Shown piece after piece: positions 29,861-39,155 of a DNA stretch of 57,604 nt. This stretch comes from Deltaproteobacteria bacterium (lineage in GTDB: Bacteria > JAEEML01), in NCBI GenBank assembly GCA_016283195.1, contig JAEEML010000063.1, positions 1 to 57,604 on the forward strand. Reading direction: 5' to 3'. Within the stretch, counting starts at the first letter, position 1, and every line of letters starts with the position of its first letter. A program made the position numbers and the translations under genes. A model generated the notes under the pieces. The model had not been told where the DNA came from. It made no database searches and saw only the letters and a list, made by a program, of their open reading frames with translations.

Positions 29861-31963
29861 CTAGCCCTTTAAAGCCAAAAAAGCATTTATATTTTGCCTG
29901 ATTATGGGTGCGAGTTCGGCTGTTAGCGCGCTAATATCGCTGCACTTATCAATGGCTTCCAAGAGATCTTTATGATTCTTCTCAAAATCATCGGTAAGAG
30001 CCTGGCAGAAGGCACCGACATCGGCCACTTCAATGGCTCTAAGGTAAATTTTGCCCGTTTCGCTGTCTTTTGTCATGGCGGCATAAAGTTGCAAAAGCTC
30101 TTTAGGCACGCTCATCGGCTGATATTTGGTTTGTTTTAAAACTTCCACCAGCCGCGCTCCTTCGGCCAGGCGCTCCTGGGTGGCTTTATCCAAATCGGTG
30201 CCGAATTGAGCAAAAGCCGCCAGGTCGTTGTATTTAGCCAAAGAGAGGCGCAGCGAACCGGCCAATTTTTTCATAGATTTGCGCTGGGCGGCACTACCTA
30301 CGCGGCTAACCGAAATACCCACATTGATAGCCGGGCGGTTGCCGGCGTAAAAAAGGTCGGCTTCCAAATATATCTGGCCATCGGTGATGGAGATAATATT
30401 AGTGGGAATATAGGCAGTTACATCGCCGGCCTGGGTCTCCACAATGGGCAGAGCGGTGAGTGAGCCGCCGCCCATCTTGTCACTCATTTTGGCTGCCCGC
30501 TCCAAAAGGCGGGAGTGCAAATAAAAGACATCGCCGGGAAAAGCTTCGCGGGCCGGGGGGCGGCGCAGGAGCAGGGCCAGTTGCCTATAGGCCACGGCGT
30601 GCTTGCTGAGGTCGTCATAAATAACCAGCGCATGGCCGCCGTTATCGCGATCTTCCTCGCCTATTGCTGTGCCGGTATATGGTGCCAGATATTGCAAAGT
30701 AGCCGGATCGGCAGCCGAAGCGGTTACTACAGTGGTATATTCCATAGCGCCGTTAGCTCTTAGCGTATCCACCACCCGGGCCACAGTGGAAAGTTTTTGG
30801 CCGATAGCCACATAAATGCAGTGAACACCCTGGCCCTTCTGGTTGATGATGGTATCAATGGCGATTGTGGTTTTACCGATTTGCCGATCGCCGATGATTA
30901 ACTGGCGCTGGCCGCGGCCGCTGGGGATCATGGCGTCAATGGCTTTAAGGCCCGTTTGCAAGGGCTCGCACACCGGCTGGCGTTTTACGATACCCGGAGC
31001 TTTAGACTCCATGGGGCGCGTTTTTTCGGCTTTTAGCGGCGGCAGGCCGTCTAAGGGCTCGCCCAGCGCGTTAATTACTCGGCCCCAGGTACATTTGCCC
31101 ACAGGCACCGAGGCGATGGTGCCGGTACGGCGCACCGTTTCACCCTCGGAAATTTTGGTGGAATCGCCCATAACGGCCACTCCAACGCCCGCTTCCTCAA
31201 TGCTCAGAGTTAGCCCTTTAACGCCGCTTTGAAATTCCACAAGCTCGCCCAGCATAACGTGCAAAAGACCATGTATTTTGGCAATGCCGTCGCCGGCCGA
31301 GATAACTGTACCCACTTCCGATACATCGTAGCTTTTAACCGGCCTAGCAATTTGCTCGCGCAAAATACTAATAATATCAGTAGTATTTACCTCAATGCTG
31401 CCGCTGGTGGAAGCCGTATATTCGGCGAGGTTTTGGCTGATGCGCTGTTTTAAACGCTCGGTTTGCCCCAAGATGGAATCATCTATCAAGAGATCACCCA
31501 GGTGCAATACCACGCCGGCGCAAAGTTCTGGTTTTACTTCCTCTTTGATTTCGATATGGCACTCTAAAATCTTTTCAAAATGCTCTCTTATAGCGCTTTT
31601 TTGCTCGCTGGTTAAGGCAAAGGCTGTTTCCACCTTAAGCTCAAGAATATTATTCAGCTCATGGTGGCGCTTTAAGAGGGCTGGCACAAAGAGTTCTAGT
31701 TTTTGAATGGTGTTATCATCCAAAAGAAGAGTAATAATATCAGTAACTTCTTTGCTGCTGCCGAGCTCTTTGGCTATAGTCTCGATGAGCATTTCGCGGC
31801 TTTTTAAACTGAGGCGCGGATCTTCCACCATGGAGAGAATTTCCGGGTCATGTAAAAGCACTTGCCATTTTTTTAGCTCATCCAGAGCAACTTGCAATTT
31901 TAAATTGGCTTTACCAATGGTGGCTAAAAAGTCATTGGCATAGACCTCTATACTTTTCATCAA
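29861..31963 (-). CDS. atpA: ATP synthase delta-alpha fusion protein (AtpH-AtpA)
   Basis: First ~176 aa are delta/OSCP-like ([32 protein letters not shown]); a short linker leads into full alpha ([37 protein letters not shown]) in one 700-aa frame. Confidence 0.92.
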   Translation of the reverse strand: MMKSIEVYANDFLATIGKANLKLQVALDELKKWQVLLHDPEILSMVEDPRLSLKSREMLIETIAKELGSSKEVTDIITLLLDDNTIQKLELFVPALLKRHHELNNILELKVETAFALTSEQKSAIREHFEKILECHIEIKEEVKPELCAGVVLHLGDLLIDDSILGQTERLKQRISQNLAEYTASTSGSIEVNTTDIISILREQIARPVKSYDVSEVGTVISAGDGIAKIHGLLHVMLGELVEFQSGVKGLTLSIEEAGVGVAVMGDSTKISEGETVRRTGTIASVPVGKCTWGRVINALGEPLDGLPPLKAEKTRPMESKAPGIVKRQPVCEPLQTGLKAIDAMIPSGRGQRQLIIGDRQIGKTTIAIDTIINQKGQGVHCIYVAIGQKLSTVARVVDTLRANGAMEYTTVVTASAADPATLQYLAPYTGTAIGEEDRDNGGHALVIYDDLSKHAVAYRQLALLLRRPPAREAFPGDVFYLHSRLLERAAKMSDKMGGGSLTALPIVETQAGDVTAYIPTNIISITDGQIYLEADLFYAGNRPAINVGISVSRVGSAAQRKSMKKLAGSLRLSLAKYNDLAAFAQFGTDLDKATQERLAEGARLVEVLKQTKYQPMSVPKELLQLYAAMTKDSETGKIYLRAIEVADVGAFCQALTDDFEKNHKDLLEAIDKCSDISALTAELAPIIRQNINAFLALKG

Positions 31964-32544
31964 AATTCACCTTTTACGGCTTTGGCAATTTCCTGCCCGG
32001 CGCTGCCGTTTAAATCGCTTAAAAGATTATCAATTAGCTTTTGGTGTATAACTTGGCTGTTTTCCTTAGAAATTTTTCTTTTGGCATCGTCAAAGAGGCT
32101 TTTTAAAAATTCGGCGAAAATCTCTTTGTTTAGCTCAATTTTTTCGGCCAAAACGCGATCTTGATATTCGCCTTCGAGGAGTTTTTTAATAATTTCCAGC
32201 TGTTCTTTCTCATCCAGGTGGATAGCTTCTATCTCTGCCTTGAGCTTTTCCTGGAAGCCGGCCACCTTGTCATCGACGCGTGCCAGTTCTTCTTTGGCCT
32301 TAAGCGCGTTTGCTTCAGCATTTTTCAGGCGGGCGGCGGAGCTATTTATGTCGCTTTCTATTTGCTCGTGGCGGCTTTTAAAAAACTCGCGGAATTTATG
32401 GCGGCCGAAATACCAAATAATAAAAGCGATGAGCGCCAGATTAAAGGCCGACCAACAGGTTTTCCACCAGGGGAAAGGCTCAGCGGCATTGGTTAGCAGC
32501 AAATTTCCGGCCTCGGCGGTCAGCATAGTGGCTAAACTATTCAT
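31960..32544 (-). CDS. atpF: ATP synthase F0 subunit b
   Basis: TM helix ([15 protein letters not shown]), FFKSRHEQI, long coiled coil; operon position. Confidence 0.85.
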   Translation of the reverse strand: MNSLATMLTAEAGNLLLTNAAEPFPWWKTCWSAFNLALIAFIIWYFGRHKFREFFKSRHEQIESDINSSAARLKNAEANALKAKEELARVDDKVAGFQEKLKAEIEAIHLDEKEQLEIIKKLLEGEYQDRVLAEKIELNKEIFAEFLKSLFDDAKRKISKENSQVIHQKLIDNLLSDLNGSAGQEIAKAVKGEF

Positions 32545-32972
32545 GTGGCATCACCTTCCTGGCGGCTTAGTGATTTAGCTAGTAAGTCTACTAGATTGCT
32601 GCGGCCTGAAGCCAAATCATTGCGGGTTTTGGCGGCGTAAGTGGTGAGCTCATTGTTGGCTTTCTCTAGCCTTTTAATATGGGCTTCTTGTAGTGCCTGG
32701 CGGCCAGTTTGCAATTCGCCGCGCGTGAGCACAATTTCATTTTGCCGTTTAAGGCTCATCTCTTGCAATTTTTCATCTAAGATGGCAGCCGATTTATCGC
32801 TTATCTGCTTAGCTTCCTGCTCCAAAAGAGCGGCTTTGCCCTGAGCGCCCTCAATAAGGGCCTCGCGCTCCAAAATGGCGCGCAAAAATGGGCGGGCCAG
32901 AATGCCGGCGCCGGCAGCCAAAGCAGCTATGATGATGACAAGCTGCATAATTACCGTAACATCAAGATCCAT
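32541..32972 (-). CDS. ATP synthase F0 subunit b'
   Basis: MDLDVTVIMQLV TM segment, RPFLRAILERE, coiled coil; first gene of the operon. Confidence 0.82.
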   Translation of the reverse strand: MDLDVTVIMQLVIIIAALAAGAGILARPFLRAILEREALIEGAQGKAALLEQEAKQISDKSAAILDEKLQEMSLKRQNEIVLTRGELQTGRQALQEAHIKRLEKANNELTTYAAKTRNDLASGRSNLVDLLAKSLSRQEGDAT

Positions 32973-33102
32973 ACAGCATAACCTCGATAGAACGCTAAAG
33001 CATAAGGCCCGGCCGGCAGGGCGCGGCCAAGACCTATACGCTATAGCTCGTTATCACAGTTGGGGTTTAGAGTCTTTAAAAAAATGGGGGGAAGAGTGGC
33101 TT

Positions 33103-36100
33103 TTATTCAAACATTTCCACTTTGAGATCGTCGATGGCCAGGCCATTGCCGTTGGAAAGTTTGGGCGCATTCCAATGAAGAATGAAATAGTTGCCAGCAG
33201 GGATATTGATGCCTTCCAAAGTAGTAGTGCGTTCGGTACGGTTTGCTGCCAAATTGCCATTCAAAGTAGTACCATTACTTACTGTAGTATTTACAGGCGT
33301 AATATTGAGATCGGTTAATTTGTTTGTGCTGGCGTCTGGTATTGTAGTCGGCTTTTCATCTACAATGTCATAAGTACAACTAAAGACACTATTTCCGCTT
33401 CTTTTACGCCAGTGCTCGTTCATAAAAGAAACAACCACTTTTGTTACCGTTTTGCTACTATCATTTTTGATGGCTACAGCAAAGGCACCGCCATAACTTC
33501 CTGATGTATAAGCACCAAGAGAACGATCACTATCATTGGTTTCGCCAAAATTATAGAGCCCTCCTGTTGAAGATGTATCTTTATATAAATAAATGTTTTT
33601 GGGATTAGTAAACCAACCTGGCAAGGTGGAATCATTTACAAATAAGATATCGCCGCTTGAGCCCAAAGCGTCAAAATCTTCCGCATAGGTGACCAGCGGT
33701 TCATTACTGCCCTGGGCGGCAGCGGTATATACTTCTATCTCTTTAGCCTCGCAGCGGTCTAGCTCAAAGCGCAGCAAATATTTGAGCGTCTTGGTGCCGT
33801 CAAACTCGGTGCTATAAATAACAGATAACATATCGTTACTTGGTGTAGCTAGATCACTTTCCACATCGTTCCAGTCTATGCCGCTCTTTTCGCGCACTAC
33901 TTGCAAGCTCTTCACAGCCGAATTTGCCGGGGCCATCAGATCAACGGCTACCATGCCGCTTGCAACTTGTACTTCCCAGATATCAGGATCGGTTATTTCC
34001 TCAATATTCTTGGCAAAATCACCGCACATATCGCTGACGGTAATCATCATTGGGACAGCAACATTGAGAGCATTTATGTCAAACATACCATCGGTATCGC
34101 AGTATTTCCAACCTGTGCCCTTGTCATTCGAGGCCATGAAGTAGAGGAGATATTCACCCTTAGAGAGGCCGGTAAAGGTGGCACTGGCTATGCCTTCTGC
34201 GATAGTGGCATTTTTGCAATCAGCCGCTGCAACATCTATATTGTTCATATCTACCATACAGGCTTTGGCCACCACATAATCGGCCGGCTCAATTTTGGCG
34301 AGAGCGGTAAAGGAGCTGCCGTCAAGAACATCCACAGTAACCACATCGGTTGTAATTTGGCAGGTAGTAATAGCCGGATTATCCACGCAATTTTCACCTT
34401 CCACATGCTGATTGTTAGCGCAGGCGATAAAGTCGTGGTTACCCAGGGAGCTAAAGACTTCTTGAGTACATGCCGCATCGGAAACCAGCCATTCATCGGC
34501 AAAGTCGGCCTCTCTGACAAAGGTTGCCGAAGCTTTATAGCCGGGAGCGCGAATAACCCGCTTATCGACAAAATTCCAATAAGTATCGCTGCCGCCATAG
34601 ACATCAACCAGCGTCTCGCCTTTGAATAGAGCATAGCGGCCTTTACCGGCAACGCTGATGGAACCGGAAATAATTTCAGATTCATAATAGTATGCCGCAT
34701 TGTTCTTTTGGGCAAATACCATGGCCTGACCGGGTTCTATAGTCAGGCTGCTAAGGTTACTTGCGGCAGTGCCGTTTATGGTATAAGAGCCGACTATTGT
34801 CCAGGCTGTGGCTGTGGCACTTTGGGTTCTTATGGACCAGCCATCGAGGGAGATAGCTTTGGCGCAGGCATTGTAAATTTCCAGATATTTGGGGCCGCCT
34901 GAGCAGTCACTATCCACCACTTCGCTGATGAAGAGATCATCGGAAGCGCAGTCGTTGCCCTGCTTTAATACGCAATCAAGGCCGTCTTCCTGTATCATGT
35001 AGCCATCGTTTTCGCACTCTATATCGCAATATGGCACCGGGCCCCATTGGTTGGTACCAGGCAAAACGGTGACATATTTTTTCTGAGCAATTATTGTGGC
35101 ATGTTCTGGCTCAAAATCGCTATTGCAATCGGCTAGATATTTGGTTTGGCACTTGCCGTTAAGTTCAGCATAGCCTTCATTGCAAGTGATAGTACATTTA
35201 GGTGCTGCTTCCCAAACACCATCAATATAGTGAATAGTTACCAAGACGCCGTTATTGGCTACACCACCTGAAGGTGTATCTACATGCTTGCACTCAACTT
35301 GTTTTTCATTAATGCAGCTATTATTTTCGTTCGCATATTCCGGCAGACATTCCCAGACGCAATCTTTGGCCGGCTCATATACCCACTCATCGTTTTCATA
35401 GCCGATTACCTTGAGTTCCACCTTGGTGGAGGTGGCGTTTTCCGGAGCTACATCGGTGCAATATTTTACTTCCGGTTCGTTTAAAGCGCAGACCTCGTGG
35501 GTGTAAACGCGGCTACCGGTGCAGCCTACGGCGCATTTGGCCGGCTCTTCCCAGAGGCCGTTTACATAATGGATAGTGACAAGTACATCTGTTGCCATGT
35601 CGCCATATTCCGGCACCACTAAAGAGCTGCTGTCGCAGGGAACTTCTTTTTCATTGGCTAGACATTCTATGCCTTCGGCGTGCTCACCGGGGGCGCAATC
35701 GGTCATGGCATGGTGGCCGATAGAGGCGGTACCTTCGGCATCGCAAGCTATGGGCGAAAGTTCCCAGACATCGCTAAAGCCGTCTTCATCGGCAAAAGGC
35801 ACAGCGGCTCTCTGGCCGGGTTTTCTAATGACTTTTTTCTCGGCATAATTCCAGTATTTATCGGTGCCGCTGACATCTTCTTCGCCATAAATATCAATGA
35901 GTTTGTCGCCTTTAAAGAGGCCGATGCGATCGTCGCCGTTTATGCCCGGTTGAGAGTGGATATCGGCTGATATATCAAGGCCGAAAGTGCTGAGACCGCC
36001 ACCGATGGTGAGCGTGGAACCGGCTTTAATAATAATGTTTTTAAGAGAAGAATTATTGGTAGTGATATTGGTCCATTGGGTGTTTTCGTTGGTTTGCATT

Positions 36101-36948
36101 TTGAGTGTATAATCGCTGAGATCGATATCGCTGTCGCAGTCGTTATAGAGCTCTATAAAGCGGCTACCTGTTTTGTTGCCGGTGCAGCCTTCAAAAATTT
36201 CGCTAATAAAAACAGCTCTATTGCTGCATTCACCGGCGGCTAATTCGCGGCAGTAAGTGCCATCGGCGCTTAATCTATGATCATCGTCGCACTCAAATGC
36301 GCAATTATCCGCTACCCAAGAGGAACCGTCCCAAACGGTGGGCTTTTCGGCTGAGATGGCGATGGCAAATTGGGGCAAGTTGGCATCCGAGCAGGGGAGT
36401 TTATCGGGAGCGCCGCCGATACGCTCACAATTTTCGTCAGCATTATCGGTAAAGCCGTCGTTACAGCCGATGGGGCATTCCGGGCGAATATCCCAGCCAT
36501 GCTCTTCGCTGTAGTTGAGGGTTACCATGGTATCATCTTTGTAATAACCGTTGGGCACTAAGTACCCTTCAGGTACTTTGCAGGAAATAGTGATAGAGTT
36601 TAAGCATTCCTGGCCGTCATCATAGGTGGCAAAGCCGCTGTCACATTCGCAGGTACCGGCTACGCAGGAGGCATTAGCGCCGCAGTTTTTATTGTCACAA
36701 GGATCGCCGGGGCCGGGGCCAACATCGCTTTGGCTGTCGTTATCACTTTTAGCGTCAGCATCACTTTGGGCGTCATTATCGCTTTGGGCATCGTCGCTTT
36801 TGCCATCATGGGGATCGGTTTTGGAATCACTAGGTTTGACTACCGGCTCGTCATCATTAGGTTTGGGAACCGGATCCGAGCAGGCGGAAAGAGCGAGAGC
36901 GCTGCTAAGTATAAAAAGACCCAAAAACCTCAGTGCTACCTTTTTCAT
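33103..36948 (-). CDS. Large surface lipoprotein with Cys-rich repeats and two lamin-tail-like domains
   Basis: LSAC lipobox, QSD linker, EGF-like unit, six ~55-aa Cys/Trp repeats, two LTD-like domains (VFISEIFEG..FIELYN; LFISEVVD..YLEIYN), C-terminal beta domain ending LAIDDLKV. Confidence 0.85.
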   Translation of the reverse strand: MKKVALRFLGLFILSSALALSACSDPVPKPNDDEPVVKPSDSKTDPHDGKSDDAQSDNDAQSDADAKSDNDSQSDVGPGPGDPCDNKNCGANASCVAGTCECDSGFATYDDGQECLNSITISCKVPEGYLVPNGYYKDDTMVTLNYSEEHGWDIRPECPIGCNDGFTDNADENCERIGGAPDKLPCSDANLPQFAIAISAEKPTVWDGSSWVADNCAFECDDDHRLSADGTYCRELAAGECSNRAVFISEIFEGCTGNKTGSRFIELYNDCDSDIDLSDYTLKMQTNENTQWTNITTNNSSLKNIIIKAGSTLTIGGGLSTFGLDISADIHSQPGINGDDRIGLFKGDKLIDIYGEEDVSGTDKYWNYAEKKVIRKPGQRAAVPFADEDGFSDVWELSPIACDAEGTASIGHHAMTDCAPGEHAEGIECLANEKEVPCDSSSLVVPEYGDMATDVLVTIHYVNGLWEEPAKCAVGCTGSRVYTHEVCALNEPEVKYCTDVAPENATSTKVELKVIGYENDEWVYEPAKDCVWECLPEYANENNSCINEKQVECKHVDTPSGGVANNGVLVTIHYIDGVWEAAPKCTITCNEGYAELNGKCQTKYLADCNSDFEPEHATIIAQKKYVTVLPGTNQWGPVPYCDIECENDGYMIQEDGLDCVLKQGNDCASDDLFISEVVDSDCSGGPKYLEIYNACAKAISLDGWSIRTQSATATAWTIVGSYTINGTAASNLSSLTIEPGQAMVFAQKNNAAYYYESEIISGSISVAGKGRYALFKGETLVDVYGGSDTYWNFVDKRVIRAPGYKASATFVREADFADEWLVSDAACTQEVFSSLGNHDFIACANNQHVEGENCVDNPAITTCQITTDVVTVDVLDGSSFTALAKIEPADYVVAKACMVDMNNIDVAAADCKNATIAEGIASATFTGLSKGEYLLYFMASNDKGTGWKYCDTDGMFDINALNVAVPMMITVSDMCGDFAKNIEEITDPDIWEVQVASGMVAVDLMAPANSAVKSLQVVREKSGIDWNDVESDLATPSNDMLSVIYSTEFDGTKTLKYLLRFELDRCEAKEIEVYTAAAQGSNEPLVTYAEDFDALGSSGDILFVNDSTLPGWFTNPKNIYLYKDTSSTGGLYNFGETNDSDRSLGAYTSGSYGGAFAVAIKNDSSKTVTKVVVSFMNEHWRKRSGNSVFSCTYDIVDEKPTTIPDASTNKLTDLNITPVNTTVSNGTTLNGNLAANRTERTTTLEGINIPAGNYFILHWNAPKLSNGNGLAIDDLKVEMFE

Positions 36949-37094
36949 ATCTCCTCCTTAGCCACTTAAGTGGCCTTTGTTGTGTAGCCCAAGCACCTTT
37001 GTGGCCGAAGCGGCCACCGCCGACATTCTAACCTCTTTTAAAAATAAATGGTAGTGAGTAATGAAGAGAAAAGAGACTTACCGAAGTGTTGTGC

Positions 37095-38714
37095 TTATTT
37101 TTTCTTTTTGGCTGCTTGCCGTTTAGGCGGCTGTTTGCCAGGTGCTTTGTCTGCTGCTTTAGGCGCTCCGGTCTCCTTTTCCGGTGCGGCAGGTTCGCTG
37201 GCTTGCGGCTCGGCAGACGGGGGCGGCGGTGTGGCCGGTGTTGTTACTGCCGGGGTATCCGGTGGGCTGGGCATAGTTTCGCCAAGGCCGAAAAGTTCCG
37301 GCATAAAGACAAAAGTTAAGCCTGTAAGGAGCAGCAAAACAACAAAAATAAGCAATAAAATGAGTTTTATCGGGAAAGTATTCCTCTTTATCTGGGGGAC
37401 GGCCGTCTGGCCGGTAATATAAGTAGGCACGGCCGAAAGCTGCGAAGAATAAGCCGGGTCGCGGTAATCGGGCCTGGGCATGACGCCTGAAGGCGGCCTA
37501 CCAGGTTGCCTTAATAGTTGATTGGCCGAAACCACCGGAGCCATCCTGTTCCCAGTGCCGCTGTTACTTACGCCTCCGGGGATTATCACAGTGGCCATGT
37601 TTTGGATGTCACTCTCGGCCGGTTTACTGGATTTTGCGGCGCTTTTAGCTTTATTCAAAGAGGCGTTGACATCAAAATTCGGCGCAATAACTGTTTTGTC
37701 GAGTGACTCTATATCTTCATCGGCCTCTTCTGCCGATGGAGCCTTAACCGACTTGAAATATTGAATTTTTGATTGCTCTTCCTGCCACTCGCTGGCAAAA
37801 AGAGAACGCATATAATCGGAAAAATCCTGCCCGCTGACCGGCATAGCTTCATTTAAAAGATAGCGTTGCAAATCAGCTGACATTTCGGCAGCTCTCTGAT
37901 AGCGCTCATCCTTATTGCGTGCCAAGGCTTTATCAACTATGTTGCAAAGAGATTTGGGGCAGCGGGGATTATAATGATTAACCGGCAGATAATGACTGGT
38001 GGCCACGTTGCGCACGGTGTCGCCGTCGGTTGCGCCCTTAAAAGCCGGGACGCCGGTTAAAAGCTCATAGAGCACAGCGCCCAAGGCGAAAATATCAGTC
38101 CGCCCGTCGAGCTCGCCATCGGTAATTTGCTCCGGCGACATATAAAAGAATTTGCCTTTAATAATGCCGGCTTGTGTTTTGGCAACTCTGTCTCTCGCTT
38201 TGGCGATACCAAAATCTATCAGCTTAACATCGCCTTCAAAAGAGATGAGAATATTTTGCGGGCTGATATCGCGGTGCACAATGCCGAGCAGCTGGCCATG
38301 CTCATTTTTCTTGCGATGAGCATAGTCGAGAGCGTCGGCAATTTTAGCGATGGCAGCGGCCGCTATGGTGGTTGGCACCAGCTCTTTTTGGGCGGCCGCC
38401 CGCTTTAAAATGGTGTACATATCTCGGCCGTGGATAAACTCCATGGCGATATAAAGAGTGCCGTCTTTGTTGCCTAAATCATAAATTTGGCAAATATTGG
38501 CATGGCTTAATTGCGAGGCAATTTTGGCCTCGTCAATAAACATGGAGACGAATTTTTCGTCTTTGGAAAACTCCGGCAAGAGCTGTTTAATAGCAACTAA
38601 GCGCTCAAAGCCTTCGGCACCGAAACTTTTGCCGACGCACACTTGAGCCATGCCGCCCTTAGCCAGCTTGGCCAATAAGAGGTAATTACCGAAATATGTT
38701 CCCTTAACACTCAT
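37095..38714 (-). CDS. Hanks-type Ser/Thr protein kinase with C-terminal TM helix and Pro-rich tail
   Basis: GGMAQV, VAIKQ, FIDEA, HRDISPQNIL, KLIDFGIAK, YMSPEQ, DIFALG. Confidence 0.95.
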   Translation of the reverse strand: MSVKGTYFGNYLLLAKLAKGGMAQVCVGKSFGAEGFERLVAIKQLLPEFSKDEKFVSMFIDEAKIASQLSHANICQIYDLGNKDGTLYIAMEFIHGRDMYTILKRAAAQKELVPTTIAAAAIAKIADALDYAHRKKNEHGQLLGIVHRDISPQNILISFEGDVKLIDFGIAKARDRVAKTQAGIIKGKFFYMSPEQITDGELDGRTDIFALGAVLYELLTGVPAFKGATDGDTVRNVATSHYLPVNHYNPRCPKSLCNIVDKALARNKDERYQRAAEMSADLQRYLLNEAMPVSGQDFSDYMRSLFASEWQEEQSKIQYFKSVKAPSAEEADEDIESLDKTVIAPNFDVNASLNKAKSAAKSSKPAESDIQNMATVIIPGGVSNSGTGNRMAPVVSANQLLRQPGRPPSGVMPRPDYRDPAYSSQLSAVPTYITGQTAVPQIKRNTFPIKLILLLIFVVLLLLTGLTFVFMPELFGLGETMPSPPDTPAVTTPATPPPPSAEPQASEPAAPEKETGAPKAADKAPGKQPPKRQAAKKKK

Positions 38715-38784
38715 CGGCCAATCCCAAAGGGCAGACCAAACCGCATAGGGAAAATGGTCTAATTAACTGGAATATTTTAAAAAA

Positions 38785-38964
38785 TTACTTAGTAACTTTA
38801 TTAGAACGGATGCAGCTTGTGCATACTTGAATACGGCAACGGCGGCCGTTTACCACTGCCCGTACTTTTTGAATATTGGCTTCAACTCTTCTTGGGGTGT
38901 GATGGTTAGAGTGAGAAACCTTGCAACCGCTCATAAATCTTTTTCCACATATAGCACAACGCAT
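38785..38964 (-). CDS. rpmB: 50S ribosomal protein L28 (Zn-ribbon type)
   Basis: MRCAICGK..G.KVSHSNHHT.R..ANIQ..VCTSCIRS; GGAGGA RBS. Confidence 0.93.
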   Translation of the reverse strand: MRCAICGKRFMSGCKVSHSNHHTPRRVEANIQKVRAVVNGRRCRIQVCTSCIRSNKVTK

Positions 38965-39155
38965 TTTTTCCTCCAAAACTCACTGGTTAGGCTCTATGAG
39001 CCAAAAAACGGTGAGCACTATACGCATTTTAAAAAAAATGTCAAGGGCTAAATGCTAACGGCTATATTTAGTCACTGCTAAAAATGGCTTGATTCATCGC
39101 TGAGCTGCCATTAGCATACCGGCGCGTGTGCCCGAAGCCCGGGAGGAAAAAGCGG

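Noticed and set aside
32541-33102. Absence of atpB/atpE as a sign of a defective ATP synthase
   Set aside because: Split atp operons with the a and c subunit genes elsewhere are normal in deltaproteobacterial lineages.
36961-37017. Two short palindromes (GCCACTTAAGTGGC; GTGGCCG-AAG-CGGCCAC) as terminator or riboswitch
   Set aside because: No U-tract on the coding strand and no recognisable riboswitch consensus; function cannot be supported.
33072-37052. TCTTT-A-run-ATGG look-alike sequences on both sides of the large lipoprotein gene
   Set aside because: Short, AT-rich and gapped; not distinguishable from chance.
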